From contig JAQGDQ010000028.1 of the NCBI GenBank assembly GCA_030141605.1, positions 744,001-808,000 on the forward strand: a stretch of 64,000 nt of DNA, given 5' to 3'. Positions 1-15,500 of the stretch are shown here, piece after piece. The position numbers were made by a program, and so were the translations under genes. The DNA is from Tubiluchus corallicola. Taxonomy: Eukaryota; Animalia; Priapulida. The notes under the pieces were generated by a model. It was not told the origin of the DNA and searched no databases. It worked only from the letters and a program-made list of their open reading frames with translations. Numbering within the stretch: the stretch's first letter is position 1; every line of letters begins with the position of its first letter.

Positions 1-318
1 ATTGTTCCATAAGCTGATATGAGTCACACACAATTCTACTTTAACTAACACAATAAAAAACAACTTAAAAAGAGTTTAATGGCGCACGAAACACTATGCC
101 AAATTCTGCATGTATTAAAAACTTAGTTGGAAATGCCACCATTTTATTTCTGTTTCTATATTCTACACATGTAAATATCAAACAAAAAGATAATAATTAT
201 GGGGCTGTTTTCTTACTCAACTCTAAATGCAAGACATTTAAATAATTTTAGAGATACACAGTTTCCATGCAAATTCAATATTTTGTTGTGTAGCAATAGA
301 AGTGTATGCAAAAAATAC

Positions 319-518
319 CTAGGTATGTTTCCAAACAGAGTGCAAAGGCCATATAAGAAACAGATGAGACCAACGACAGCAGCTGGTACCAACATGATTG
401 TGTAGAATCCTAGCCAAGCAAAATAAATGCCAATCTTTTCGCCATAATATTTTCGTATCAAGTCCAATGGCTGTTGCTTATACCAGTTTCTTGGCTTCGC
501 CCACACTTCATACAACAA
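319..518 (-). CDS. Anoctamin exon (pre-TM1/TM1)
   Basis: [57 protein letters not shown]; AG at 520-519, GT at 318-317. Confidence 0.95.
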
Positions 519-3500
519 CTGTTAGCAAATAAAAAATTTAGATAAAACACAGGGCTGTTTGACAACAAATACCTTGTACCTGTCAATCAAAGTTTAAATA
601 GTACCATATAAGGTGAAAAAATATTTCCACCATAGTGAGGCACTGTGCCTGTAATCAAAGCATTAATACTGTACTATGATTTCTACATTTTACCAAGTGA
701 CTTATAGTTACAAGGAATTCATAAATTCAAGCAGAATAATGACCTTTTTATAATTTAAAATTTTACAACCAGATGCAGACAACTTTCCTTTTTTTGTACA
801 GCGACATTTGAAAACAAAACTAAAAAGTAAGTGAAATATGTGTATCACGATTACTTAGTCTTATACGAAGAATCAGATTAATCCAAATTTAGGGGATCTA
901 GATCTTAGATTTGATCACGACTGCTTGTCAGACAATATCCTGCTATGGAAGTGTCATTGAAGTCGTTCATTAAAGTGAGAACTGGTTTCTTTATTCTAGG
1001 CTTTTGGATGTCTATGTCTTCAATTTCAGCAATCAGACCAACTTGTGCAAATGGAAAAAGTGACAAACTCAGTTACTTTAATTAAAGGAGTACAAAAATG
1101 TAAGTAATTTTATATAGGAAAATTTCAGGCTTTGGCTGCTTTGCAGACTACTGTAAATGTGTCAGAGAATTAGAATTTTAAAGCTTGACAAGATCTGATG
1201 CCGTTGCCTTATGATTGGCAATGACGACTTTTAAATTCTTGCAAATCCATAGGAATCTTTATTTGAATAGGTTCCCATTACTAGTGGTTTACTGAGTCAC
1301 TTAAGCACAGGAAATCATCAGAACTTTAGTTCTGATAAAGGACTCATTTAAGCAACTGACTACAGTTCATAAATAATGACCAAAGATAATTGGTAAAACA
1401 GGCTGCAAAAAAGTAAAGTGACAATAAAAAAAGACAATCTAAATGCAACTAAGTAAAGCAAATTGAAATGCAAATCAGTGGGTGATCTCACCTTTCGTTC
1501 ATTCTCTGCACCGTGAGTGAGTATTGAGTGATGTGTGATATAGTTACCCTAGAAAGGTGAAAATACTTCAATTAATAAAATATCCAGAATATAATAATTA
1601 AATCCTGAAACTCCACTCCATTATGAACAGCAGTAATTAACCCAATTTTTAACCTAAGTAACTAACAGTAATTTACCTAAAATTTGATTTCAACATGAAT
1701 TATCAGAAAGCAAACTTATAAAGTATAATTACCTCATGAAGAGGAAAAGCTGCAGTGTAAGTACTGTTCCCAAGCAACCTTACTATACCTGCAATAACCA
1801 ATTAACATGGGATTAATAAGCTGATTAGTAATTACTAGTCTTATTACAGTGTTGCTAAGTAAAATTTAGATATATGGTAAATTAATTATTCTGGCTGCTT
1901 ATTTTGTTGAGGGATGTATTGAAATTAGAATGTGGATAAGACACTTTTGCTGCTCAGTCTCCCATATTAGTTTATTAGCCACGGTAATGAGCCAGGTTCC
2001 TGTCTCACCACAACCCTACAATAAAGAAGCTCTGTCAATGAGTGTTGAAGCTCTGTCAATTGCTGCTTTCAGTATTGCAAATAAAAAATTCTAACTGTAA
2101 ATTAAACTAACAGCTGTCCTTATAATGAGTAATTCTAACCGAATGAGTTATTTTCCTGGTTCTGTCCTCAAAAACAAGAATCAACACAACTGCCAAATGC
2201 TAATGAAAAAATCTGACACTTACCAAACCTCATTTTTGCTTCGAATGCCTCTTTTGTTCCTCGCCACTTTTCTGGGTTGTCGTACTTTGCTCTGCTCAAT
2301 ATCTCGTACACGATGCGGCTTCGTTGACTGGGTGTGAAGAACGACTCCTGATTGACAATGATGAATCTGAAATAAAAAGCAGATACAAATTTTAAGTAAG
2401 CTCTGGAATGTACTACAACTAAAATAATAAACACCATGTGATAATATTAAAATGACAGCGCTATCATATCAACCTGTATAACAATTGTAAATTCATTACC
2501 CTGACAGCAAGTTCAAAACAATTGACTATAATGAAATTTGATAAGGAAGAATACTACAAACTTTTCTAATCAATTTTTTTTAGGTTTCAAGATTGGCAAG
2601 TTTTAACAATTTTACAGAAAACTAAGCTAAATCTTAATCCACAAAATTTATTTTGTTGAATAACAGTTAAGGTCAAATTAAACTTACCTAATGAAGTATA
2701 AAAATCATACAAATTCATATAAAATTCTTGGCAAAGAAGTTACTGTGGCTACAAGTTTCTATAGTTTTTTATTCTTGCCAAAAATAAATTGCTATGCACT
2801 TGGGTATTGGATGCTATTTCCAAAACAACAAAATTATTATGCTAAGTAGAATTTCGTATGTGGGTGTTGATCTATATTTTATTTTTAACCCCCAACAAAA
2901 GGAAGATAGAATGCTTTAAAAATTCTTTTTGCCAAAGGAGCCACTAGAAACATGGTGGAACTACTTTTACTAAACCGGCTTTTCCAAACTAAATGTTTAG
3001 GTGTAATTCAAATTCAAGGCCAAATAAATAATAAACAAAGAAATCCTATAATAAATTAAACTAGCCCCAAGTGCCAAATTGCAAAATTCTTAATTAAACA
3101 CACTTTTAAAAAAGTTCACTGTGATCTTTTTTTATTCAAGTAGTATTTATTTATAGTAGGGGCTGTTAAGTCATCCCATGGGATTTTCGTGCTAAAATTG
3201 ATTTTTTTTTGTTTAAATGCATTCTATTCCCTCCAGAGTGTGTGAAAAAATTGGGTGTCATTTTTTCTAATAATAACTAAAAGAAATTTTTGTATTTATT
3301 CCTTCAACACAAAAATACAATTACAGAAAAAACTGCACAAAAATAAAATCGTAATTACAGTATTTATATAAATTAATAGATTGTTTAATGGAGAAGACAA
3401 CCAAGGCTAGAAGTTCTTACAGGCACCTCAAAAAAATTAGTTGCAACTAGATTTGCAATAGTTCACTAAACCTATTTTTTTTAGTTTTGAATCAATAAAT

Positions 3501-6500
3501 AGGGGCATTTTAGGACATTGTGGATCCAGATCCACGGTATATGCCACTACTGACTATATAAACCTGAAAATTACGAAACAAGAGGTATTTTATGGAGCTG
3601 ATTGCGCATATGGTATTAGTCTTTCTTTACGAAAGGACCTGGATGCTGGACAAACCATTTTAGGGTTTTTCATGTCCAGAAATAGGGCAAGCTCTAATAT
3701 TAACTGCACAAGTCTGAAAATGGTGTAACGGGGTATTTTAGAATGCGTAGTATGCCAAAATGCCCTTAATGGGCTCGAAAAAATGACCTCATTTTTTGGA
3801 CTGAGGGATCACAATCCTTCACTTTCATAAAAAAATTAACTTTAGCACAAAAATTGGACACAAGGAATTATATGTAAGAGAATGATCCATAACAAAATGT
3901 TCTCATAACTTCATTGTTTTTGCTGACAGTTCTATGGCATCACAGGAAACCTACAGCAAACACCAGCCAACCACTTACTGATTCGCTCTTTCACGGTTAA
4001 AGGCACATGTAAAATAGTTAGGCTCTTCTGGTACGTATTCTTTGTCATACTCAAAAGGATTAGGAATTTTCGCTATGCACGGAAAGAGGTCTTCAGACGA
4101 AGTCAGATCATTTTCCTACAAAAAAGAAGTATTTAAAATATCTACAAATGCGCCATATAAACAAACATTGTGTACAAAATGTTTTTCATGATCATGATAT
4201 TGTAAGTATAATAAAAAAAGACAAAAACACAATAATGGAAACTATAGTTTCAATTTCTGAAAAATATTTTGCTGATTTTTCATAGTTAACAATTATTAAA
4301 AAGAAAAGAAGCTGAAAGATGCACAACGAGTTTTTTATAAACTGCAAACTGCCTGGTACTAGCAATAACTAAACTTCATAAAAGAGTAAAATATTAAAGC
4401 TTAAAGATGACAACTCTATAAAATAAAACAGCAAAACTGTTAATTCTCTAACATCAAATAACGAATATAATCATAATTTAATAACTGCAGAAGCTCAATT
4501 AGGCTATAAACAACATAGGAAAATCAGAAATGCAATTTCTATACGTATTTATTTATTTACATAACAAACCTCATATTAGTAATAAATAAAAAAACCTTCT
4601 TCAGGTACACTATTTTAGATTATGCACTCAACAGTGCACTCACTCACTTTACCAATGAAAATTTACAAAATTGGCTTCAATATACTATAACGAACTCAAG
4701 CACAAGCTTACATTCTAGCTTCCAATTAAAAAGTAGTGTACTTTAAAAGAAGTATTTTTTTATTACCAATATTCAGCACTGAGTGCTTGATACTGCTTTC
4801 AAAATTCATGCAGGATGCAAATTAGTAAATATCAATTGTATGTGTTAGTCTCAAGAAAATGAATTTCATAACAGTAATTATAACATCAACTTCAGAGCGA
4901 AATTGTATTTACTATTGAGACTGTGAATCAAAGTCGCAAAGGTACCAAAGTAAGTTGATTCATCAGATACCCAGGTGTGCCTTAACAATGGCATGCATCA
5001 CCGACCAGTGTGTGGACCAGTTCTGTTTGTAAATTAATCTGTAAGCATTTGAGTGGCTCACCAAAGAATGGACTATTCAGTAGCACAAGCTCCAGGACTA
5101 TTTATTATCTGGAGAAAATTCTTTTATCATTTAAACATAATTTTAGTACTGCAGGGTGAAATTAAACCCATTTGTTTTTTACAGGAATATGTTAAGTTTC
5201 TGCAGCTTTTACACATAAATCAGACATACAGTAAACTAGACATACAGTAAACTGCGTAGAAATCCCACAGGTATAATTCGAATTCTTGTATATCTCAAAC
5301 AGATCTTGTAAAACGGGATTTTCCCTTTATGAAAACGATGCGTAACTTGCAATCTGTAACTTGAATTATCATGTAACTCGAACCAAATTCCTGTACAATT
5401 TTAAAGAATTTGAATAAAATTACTTCGTTTATCTCGAATAGCCTGCCAAGCGAGAAATCCTACTTGAAAATGTGCACCACAATATTATTTTAACTGATAT
5501 CTCTCAGCAAAATGGTAAGATTTCTTGTACTACCTTAGCAGCATGCTGCACGCAACATGGATTACGAATGCGGTTTAATGTAGATCGCAATATTATTATA
5601 GCCGAATTTTATTAACCAAGCTACTCAGACTACAATAGAGGTGGACCAATCATTTTACCTTTGATTATTCATAAAAACTGTTGATTGATATTTTTGATCA
5701 AAGGCTCAGTTTGTCATTATCAGAAGCTGTAGTGTATCGTCCGATGTTGATGAGTGACTCAATCTCGTTTTATTACAAACATTGTCAAACTTGTACTATC
5801 GCATAACTCGAACAAATTTCCCGGTGAATAGGTGTTTGAGTTACAACAAGCAATTCACTGTATACGATAATCACATATGAAGTCATGAATAAATTAACAG
5901 TATTTCACAAATAGTCAATCACTGATGTGGTAAACGCAATGTACAATTTCGAAAATAATACATGAACATGATATATTAAAAAAAGATAACGGTTTGCATA
6001 CAATTTTGACTGTTTCACCACACAAACAACACATCACCTGCAACTACTCTAAGCAGCTGTGTAGCATAACTGAAAACACAAAAACATAAGCGATGATAGA
6101 ACTATATAGAGCAGTGCTAACGAACCACTGAAAAGTACTTCCAGGAAATATGATCAAAGCATGTGGCATACGTGCAGGGGAATATATAAATATATCATTC
6201 TAATATAACGTTTACAGAAGCAAAATGACATGCCGAACTTGCAAAGCATCACAGCATCCATCTAGAAACTAAGTCCTCAGTAGCCGGTAATCAGTTACAG
6301 ACACCAAGATGCGGTTTCCAAGACAAATAGTGCCTAGTAGTGTTTTTTCAAACTGATTAAGGGCTCAATTAACTGTCCAAACATCATACATGTATATATA
6401 CAATCATGTTAATACACACGCATTACTACGGATACGATTTTGTAAACAAACCTTGAAGTTCTCTTGAACTGCCACCTCCTAAACATGCAGAAAGTTTTGT

Positions 6501-9500
6501 GAAATTTCACCAACTTTAACTTATGATGTTAAAGAAAATCTGTTTTGCTTATTTAAGAATAAAGGAATTAAGCTTATCACTTAGAAAAATCATTCGAATG
6601 TACGTTGCGGGCATAAACTGAATATAGCATATAACAATTTGATTTAAAGAAATGCTAGCAACAGTATAAAAAGTGCCTTAAAGAATGAAAAACTGTGAAA
6701 TATTGTTTAATGTAATTTAATTGTAACGTAGGGTAATGCAATTTAGTCAGTCCAAAAATGCATTTGTGCATGTTTCGTAAGTTAAAAATAATTCCCTAAC
6801 ATTCTAGGAAAGGACACCAAGAATCAAAGCAATTAAAGCTCAAAATAATCAGTCACTGCTGTTAAATTAACAAAATGAGTAATTTTTTAAAAGAAACTGA
6901 GTTGCTAATGTTGACAATGTTTGCAAACTATTTCACATATCTGTTAAACTGTTTGCAAGTGAGGATTAAAAAAATATCGATATTCAATAAGACAATATTT
7001 TTTTACAATTTGCAATTATGGCTTTTTAAGCTCCTCTATACACACGTGTGAAAAATCACCAAAACTTCAATCAATAACTCTGTGACAAATTTTGAAAACC
7101 ATTTCCATATCAAAAAGAAACATCTGGTTTGTTTCCAGACGTTTAACATAATTATAAGCTTTTGACTAAAATCTAATGTGGTACTCCTAGTGGATTGTGA
7201 GTCTGAGAAAATTTATGGAAAAAACTGAGATTACCAAATTGACAGTTCACAGCAAATTTCCTCAGATGAAATATAATTTACCTATAAACATGTGCAGAAG
7301 GTAAAAAGTGATGCCTGTGTAAAGAAAATTCAGTGTAAGGTGCCATAAGCTATGGAAAGCTAAGTAACATAAAAACTTTTCCAATTTTAAAAGCATATGC
7401 ATATAAAAGCCTGTATAATCACCATTCTGGAACAAATCTCCCAAAACAACATCAGCTGTTGTCTATTTGCAATGCTGTGTTCATTAGTTCATAGAATGAA
7501 CCAAGTTTGTAGTTTGTAATGTTTTAAAATAAATTATCAGCTACAATATAGGTGGTTTATATTACCTTAATAGGCATCTTCATGTTCATTAGCTCGGCAT
7601 AGCGAGTGCACACTTCCCACGGTGCATGAATCTTCACGAAATATGTCTTTCTGCTTTTTGATTCCTAAAAAATTGTAATAGGTAACAATTACTTCACTTG
7701 CATCTAACAAAATTATAAGTTATATACAGTCTAAAATGACGAAATGATTTGTGATAAGATCTAGTGTATTCATACTAAAGCAGTAACGTGTGTGCTGGCA
7801 TGTTATATCGCAGCAAATAACTTTGTAAATTTTAAAAACTGAAGCTCGTTAGTAATTTGTTCAACATCAGCACTTACTAAACTGCCACTGACTTCCCAGA
7901 ACATATAAAACTTGATCAATAAGATCTGGTCGCTAACTTATTACTCACAGTTACTGTGTCTTTTCTGATAAATGGGCATAATACAGAAACTCTACAGAAA
8001 TACAGATTTTCCCACAATTACACACTACCGTGTTTCATTAATAGTAAATTGCAACTTGCATATTAATAGAATGCTCATTTGTAACACTCTTAAGACTCCC
8101 GCAATTTTAGATGTTTAAAGAACAGCAGCACATACTGTGCGGCACCGATTATTGTCTGACATTCATAATGAATTACTTGCAGAAATAAATAAGAGTGACA
8201 GGTTTTACAAATCACATTTGTTAAAAAAATGGCGCACTTTACCAAGTAGATGTCACTGTAACGAGTTTTTATTATAGTAATTATTTTAGTAATTCTTTTC
8301 AAGTGCACTGTCTTCTGCATATATCATGTAAATAGCGTGTTCACTTATGTGTGTGTATTTTTTGTGCTTTGTGTAGTTTAATGTCTTATATTATATAATA
8401 TATATATAATATATATATTTATTTATTTAGTTAATAAGTGTGCTTTTTAACTGGAGTTTTAGTCTGAAATGATTGTGAATGGAATTAAACTGTAGCAAAG
8501 AAAACCAAGCGTTCATTGATTATAACAGTAACATATATAATTATACCATTTAATACACATTTAATAATTCAGTATACTGACAGCCATTATTCAACACTCA
8601 ATAACACTAGTTCATTATCAAAGATAATGATCTAAGATGAGACACTGAGATGGTAGTGGTGCCTCAGTTGTGTTTGGATGGATATATAATCTTCCCTAAA
8701 TGAGAAAATGTATCAAGTCCAGTTCCATTGTCTAGTAACTAAGTGAAAGCTTGTACATATCATTTTATCAAGAACAACACTAACCATTCTATCTTCGTGT
8801 TCTAATTCTAGTCCTTCCTCTATCAAACTTTCTTCAAATTTCTGTCGTTTCTGTGCTTTTTTGGGATCTGTATCAGTGTAAGCGAGGACGTAATCGATGC
8901 GTCGCCCCCCGTCCTTGAAATACATCTCCTCCAGCCTCTTCTTCGACTCCTGCATTATAGCAAAACAAACGGTAAACAAACAAATTAACTTCTCATAATC
9001 TACATGTCTGGTAAAGAAACTACGTTCCATGCAGCTATAGAAAATACTAATACAACTAGCAATCTTACTCATTTATCACTGTACAAAGTTTAACATCTAA
9101 TTACCGACATAAGGGATCCTGTTGCATCCTCATCTTCCTTGTCGCTGAAACCAGTAACAGTGGCCTTTCCTGAAAATAAAGTCAATTTTGAGATGCAAAA
9201 TGAATGTTTTTATAACAATCACTGTTCAAATTGAATCAAATTACTATGAAATTAAACACATTGTATATTTACAGTGCATCTTTAATGGTGTTGTTGGTAA
9301 TCAAAATTAATGAAATGCCAAGAACAAGAATGTGATGGTTAGTTAAATCAAGTGACAAGAAACAAATTAAGTTGATCAGTTAAACAGATTGATAATTACA
9401 AGCACTAGATTTGCTTAGTTAATGGCTAGCCAACTACTCACTGCACTCTATAGCTATGTCATGCAATTACTTGCGAAAAATTAGAAAAATTTGGATTGGA

Positions 9501-12500
9501 TCTTAGACTAAGTTTATGTTATAAAAGACTAGTTTCTGGTTTCAGAGTTGTCAGTGTATAGGTAAACTTGGTGCAGTTATTTATACTTTCTGTAGTTAAC
9601 TTCTCTGTATTAAATTTCAAATAAATTACTGTTTATAAGCCCAGAAATTGAAATATGGCTATTGATATGCAACTAGAGCACAGTTTAGCATTTCATTTCC
9701 ATGCAAAGACTGGAACCAAAGACATGATCGGATACGATAATGAAACAAACAAAAATTTGCTACTTGGGCAATTTAGTTTCACAATATTTAAACAAACGAC
9801 ATCAGTGACATTGCAAAGCCGACATCCTTCTATCAGAAATGTTTCGAACATCACCTGCATTCAATCTTGTCAAATAATAAAACATGTCAAAAAGGAAAAC
9901 AAAACTTTACAGATTTACGTAGTTTGTAATTTATTTCACGACATATGTAGAATGCAGGAAATACTTGAAACGTTTTCAGCAGAATAATGTGCGTGTTTGG
10001 GTGTTGTCATTGGTGTCTTTGTTTACTGTGAAATTTTATTAATTTGTTAAACATAATTGGTAGACATACTTTGGGGAGTATGAGTATCTTCCAAAACAAA
10101 CGCTTTATTGTCAACACCAGCACCATCTGGAGGGAGACATACAGCAAACATGCAGCCAACAAACATGCAAGAAAAGAAATTATTAGGTAAGATGATTAGA
10201 AGTCATTCCAAAGACACGAAGATCTGTTACATTTTAACTGTCATCGTGTTGTGTAAATTAACACTTAGATTGGTTGGGACAAGATGGTTAAAAAATCAAG
10301 ACAGTTTCCAAATGTTTTAGAAATAGTACTTGGAGCTTTCTCAAAAAATTCTAACACAACCCCAACCCCACTTAAAACCACTTAAGTACATGTACCTGTT
10401 AAACTCCCTTAAAACTGGAAAGAGATAATAACTGATGCGAAATTTTGATGTTTAAATTAGTAATATAGACTTGAGATGTAGGTATTCATTACTACTGTCA
10501 TATTAGTGCAAGTAATAAAAATAAAGATATATAAGCACTATGCATAAATTGTCATGCAAGTTAGTAGTTTGATCATTTTATGATCTATATCTCACTGAAC
10601 CGATTTTCAAGCCAATTTAAGCTTTCTAACTAACTAAAAAACAATATCTCGCAGCATATTTTATGTTCCTTATGTAATAGTAAAACCAAAATCAGAGACG
10701 AAAATAATGAAGCACTTTAAGAATAGAAGTCAGCAGCTCTGAAAATGTTACAATCGGTTTATCTTGTTTACAGTTTAACAGTTGTGCAACAAGTTTACCT
10801 TGAAATTAGACATTAAACTGTGAATATTCACAAGTTCTACAACACCAGAATATACAAAGCACAAAACTTTCATTCAAAATAAAACAAAAGAAAGACGTCC
10901 ACGGCTCAGTTTAATTAGCACAGCTCACTAAAATACAAAGCTATTCTAACACAGATTTATAGATAAATGGCAAAGACAACTCAGCAAAACTAAAACACAG
11001 GGGTCAAGCACAAAATCTTTTCAAGGAAAATACACTGTAACTGTCTAACAGACAAGATTACGAAGCACACATAGTAACCTATAACACACAAGCTCACACA
11101 GTACCTTGTAAAGCACCTGTTCCACGAATAATGCCTTAATAAAATATTTTTATGAATAATATGTGCAAATGCTCTCTACCGCCACCAAAATTTTGCATCA
11201 CACACAATGTCACATGTATTGACGGTACATCTGCTACTTATATTTAGCTACATAACATCAGAAACTGTTAGCAAAATAACGTTAAAAAAATACCCGAAGA
11301 TGCGCCCATTTGAACTATTGCAGCACACGTTAATTGTAACTACAAAATAAAAACTCACGTGCAGTTATAAAGGGAAATGCTGTTGAAACAGCGGAATGCT
11401 GTAAGCAAATCTACTGTACGACTAGTGAACCATTAATACTCAAGCATGGGCAACACCCTGAGTACACGAGCGACTGACAGTAAGTTTGTGGGATAAACAG
11501 CCATGTTTTAAAGGCCCCCATAAAATGGTATATCGGTGCAGAAGAGACAGAAAAAACAGGAATCATTGCGATTTATAACGATTACGTATTAAATCCAGGA
11601 GGCAGCTCACATGCATAAGATTTAGCCATGTGACTTATTAGGCTCGTTTTACATAAATTTTAAACACATCATCGGCTTTGCCACTACAATTTTAGATTGG
11701 TGACTGATTAGTTAATTGGGGGAAAATTTCTGTTTTTCATAGAAGTGTGTGTCTACATGTTTAATATTTCACCTGAAACTGCAATAATAAGTACGAATAA
11801 TGTGACAATGCAGTGTTTCAAAAAAGTGCAACAACAATGCTACTTTTTTGAATAATAAAACTGAAATAACGCATTTAAATTCCAGTCATTGTTAAAAGAT
11901 AATCAGCGTTATGGGAGGAAGAGAGAGCGCGAGAGAGAGAGAGAGAAAGAGGGAGAGAGAGGGGGGCAGACAGACAGGGAGTAGTCAATGAAACTGATGT
12001 TAGCCGACGACATGGAATCACTGGATAACATTGCCTACCCGGGATATCATCATTTGTTATAGGTTCTGGTTGCATTGGTCCATTGTCACTGGCAGGTAGA
12101 GTAGGATATACAGGCGCTGGGCTGCTTACGCCTTCAAAACCTAAAAAAAAACATTTGTTTACATTAAAATGCAAGTCAATTCAAAGACAATGTACGAGTA
12201 CATCCGATACCATGCCTGCGCAGTATGTTGTCAACTTCGATGGCACCACTTTGCAAGGTATGAAAGAAACAAACTTACAAAAACTGCCAAGGTATCGTTC
12301 TAATTCTGACTACTTAGTGACTATAGTTACAAAAATACGTTTCCTACAGAACACTAGTTAGTACTTACATGTACTAGCTTGTCATCATAATTAACCCAGT
12401 GACTGTTTCTACAAGATATTCAGTACTCCTGGGAAATCTACAGTGTGGTGCTGTTATATAAAAGTGTGTGTTTGATGGTAATAAATTGAGGAGGTATCAG

Positions 12501-15500
12501 TTACAGTAATCGCATTACATGAAGGCTGACTTAATGACTGGCCCCTAAAGCTTGTCCAGAAGCAAATAAGAAAGCTGAGAATGGTTGCTATAGTAACGGC
12601 AGGATATTAAACTCTGGGCGAACTGATATAATATATTACCAGATCACAATTGCTCTATCTAGCCTTATATAATTCCGAATTCCGCAAGGTTTTTCAACAT
12701 TCAGTGATGCCTAATTTCAGTTGATGTGTTTCGCTTGATAAGAAGATAGAATAAGCTGGCATTACGACTCATTTACTACTGCATCATGGTGGCGCCACCT
12801 GATTAACTTAGATTCCAGAAACAAGAGAAGACTAAGCTTTAATCAAAATTACAGAAGGAAATTTACAAAAAAAAACATTTTCGTTGAAAACTTGCTAGTC
12901 TTTATAGGTAGTTTATCATATATCATTTCGGTTTATAAACTCAACCCATCACTATAATACTGCACCGTAGGGGATCTAAGTTTGCCATTTTTACGTTATC
13001 AAACGAATGTTCAAACCTTCACCAACTAGATTATATTGCGATTAAAAAAGTCATTATTTGTTGCAAATGCACCTGCGTTTCAATACATTTATTATTCCGT
13101 ATAGCGACAATACAAATGGTTTCTACGTAATAAAACCTTGGAAGCTTATTACTCCTATTGATTAATGAACCATACGTGAATACATATGCTATCCTGCAAC
13201 AGCTCAATATGAAATGCATTTCAAATAATCATACTGAGTGACATAGCTACTATTATTATGACAAACATGTTGTTCAAAGCGTGGAAACATCCACACAGAG
13301 GCAACACAAGGAGTGGTTATAAAAATACAATACAATTGACGAGAATTTCAGGTTGTAGTAGCTCTGAGACTTACTGAAGAGGAAAATAATTATTAGATGA
13401 TATTTTGATTATGCTAATGTATGAGAAGAATTCTCATTTCATTGAGGGATTACAGACTGATGAGAGACTTCTGCCGTCCAGTGATGACGATTTTTATAAT
13501 AATTTCTATCCTCATGACCAATTATATTAAGTAGGCCCTGTCGTTGATTGCATGATTATTTCCGGCGTAATGTTCGTTTCCATTATGTAAGCTGCCAACC
13601 ATACTGATATTCAGGGACGGTGACACGCTTCTCTGTTTTAAGTAAAACAAGTGCACCAAGTAAAGTGTTTAGTGTCACCATAGTACATACGCAATTTTCT
13701 TAATGGATGAGTCACTTCACACTGAAGAGCTTCATAAATCTATCGCTCGAATGCTCGTACGAGGACAGAACGGAGAAGGTATTTCAAATTACTCTATTGT
13801 ACAATCATTCCATCCGAGAGCTGCCACCTACATTGAAACGTCTAATTCTATTGCTATTTGTCTCAACCGCTTGATGGCAAAAATATTTCAAAAATGCAGA
13901 GCTTTTGTAGCAAGCCACCAAAGAAATTACTAGATCACAAAAGGATGTGTTTCATCACACCCGACGTTACCTACATAATTGGCATACTGTAGACTGACTA
14001 TGCATCTAGATTTCCTATTCCATATTTACTTTTGTAGTGACGCCGCGCCATTAAAAAGTAAGTGCCTTTTAAACCAACCTTTTTACACAATTTTGCGCAA
14101 TGAAAACCGTCGATAGGGCTACTTAGCTCAGACGCTTGTGGCAGGACTGACAACTAGTAAAAATACTACTCTTTAAGATGAGGCACTAAATCAGCAGCGG
14201 TGTCTTAGTGCCACGTTCGGATACCTATAAAGCATCCCTCAACGGAATCAAACATTTCTTTCAGATTCTGCGATGAAACTACGCGCAATCAATAATCCTT
14301 GCTATGCAATGTAGAGATTTCACATTAAGAAATCAATGCATAGACAAGCCAATGTATTAAGCTCTGCACTCAATCTGCTGACTTGTCTAGATAATAAATC
14401 AATATGAACCGTTTCAGTGTGAACATAAAACCACGAATCTCACCAGCAACAATCAATTTTTTCCTTGCACAACTTCTACAATAATTTGAAATAGCTGGCA
14501 GTTGTGGCGCCACTGCTGCTTTACCGTTTAATGGATTCACCAGGCTGTCAGGTCAGGAATCAAAAAGATCAGACTGCAGTTGTACGTAAATACGCCCAAC
14601 AGATGCGTATTAGATTACTGAGTGCTTAGAGTTCAAAGAAAGCAGCAACTACTTGCCAAAGCCAAATGAACGTACTGAGAAATCTTAGTCCACGTTAACT
14701 TAAAATCTTAAAATTGATTTTAGATACTTCATACAAACATTAGAATTTTCCTGTTTCCAGCACAGGGTAACTTTATAGCTAAGCATTACTGACGAAATTT
14801 AATTTTGATAATTTTGCCTGTAGTTAATCGCTTTGCTATACTAGCTCTACACAAGTGATTTGCCAAAATTCTGGCTGCGGCCAGTTTAAGTATAAAGCCA
14901 AGTTTGTACAACAACCAAAAAGGAATTTATTATAATCTTTTGAACATACATATGACGTACCGTCGAACTGATGTTATTATATTGCAGTTGTTTATCTAGC
15001 ATTTCTTTAGTTAAGATGCTGTACTGTACAGTCAAGAAATCGTGCCGGCGAGGCCAAATTGACATTCGCTAATTGCAGCTAGTCAGCGCGGAACACATTC
15101 GTAAAATGAATAACGAGTCTCCCGAAGGTTACTATACAACGGGAGATTTCTTGAAGTTTTAAGATAGAGTCATATTACCATTAACTGTCTGTTAATGATA
15201 GAATCATTAACTGTCTTAAAAAAACCTCGAAACTAAAAACTGAAAAATTGTTGCAAAGACAAAAACCGTGTGTGGGGGTAAGTAATTTCAAGAATGTACA
15301 ACTTTGCCTAGTGTTTTTTGCTTATATATGTAATTGTTGAAAATATGTCAAATCTGAATGATAACTGAAAATGTGCAACGGAACTCTGTATATGAAAATC
15401 TCTTTGTAGTTATTTGTTTAAGCGTCAATAAATGTAATACAGTACACAGTAGTGCATACTGTAGATATGTATCAACCTGCAGGCGTATACAGTAGATAAA

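Noticed and set aside
11105-11116. Possible 12-nt phase 1-1 anoctamin microexon (cag|gtgctttacaag|gtactg)
   Set aside because: No polypyrimidine tract at the acceptor; likely chance
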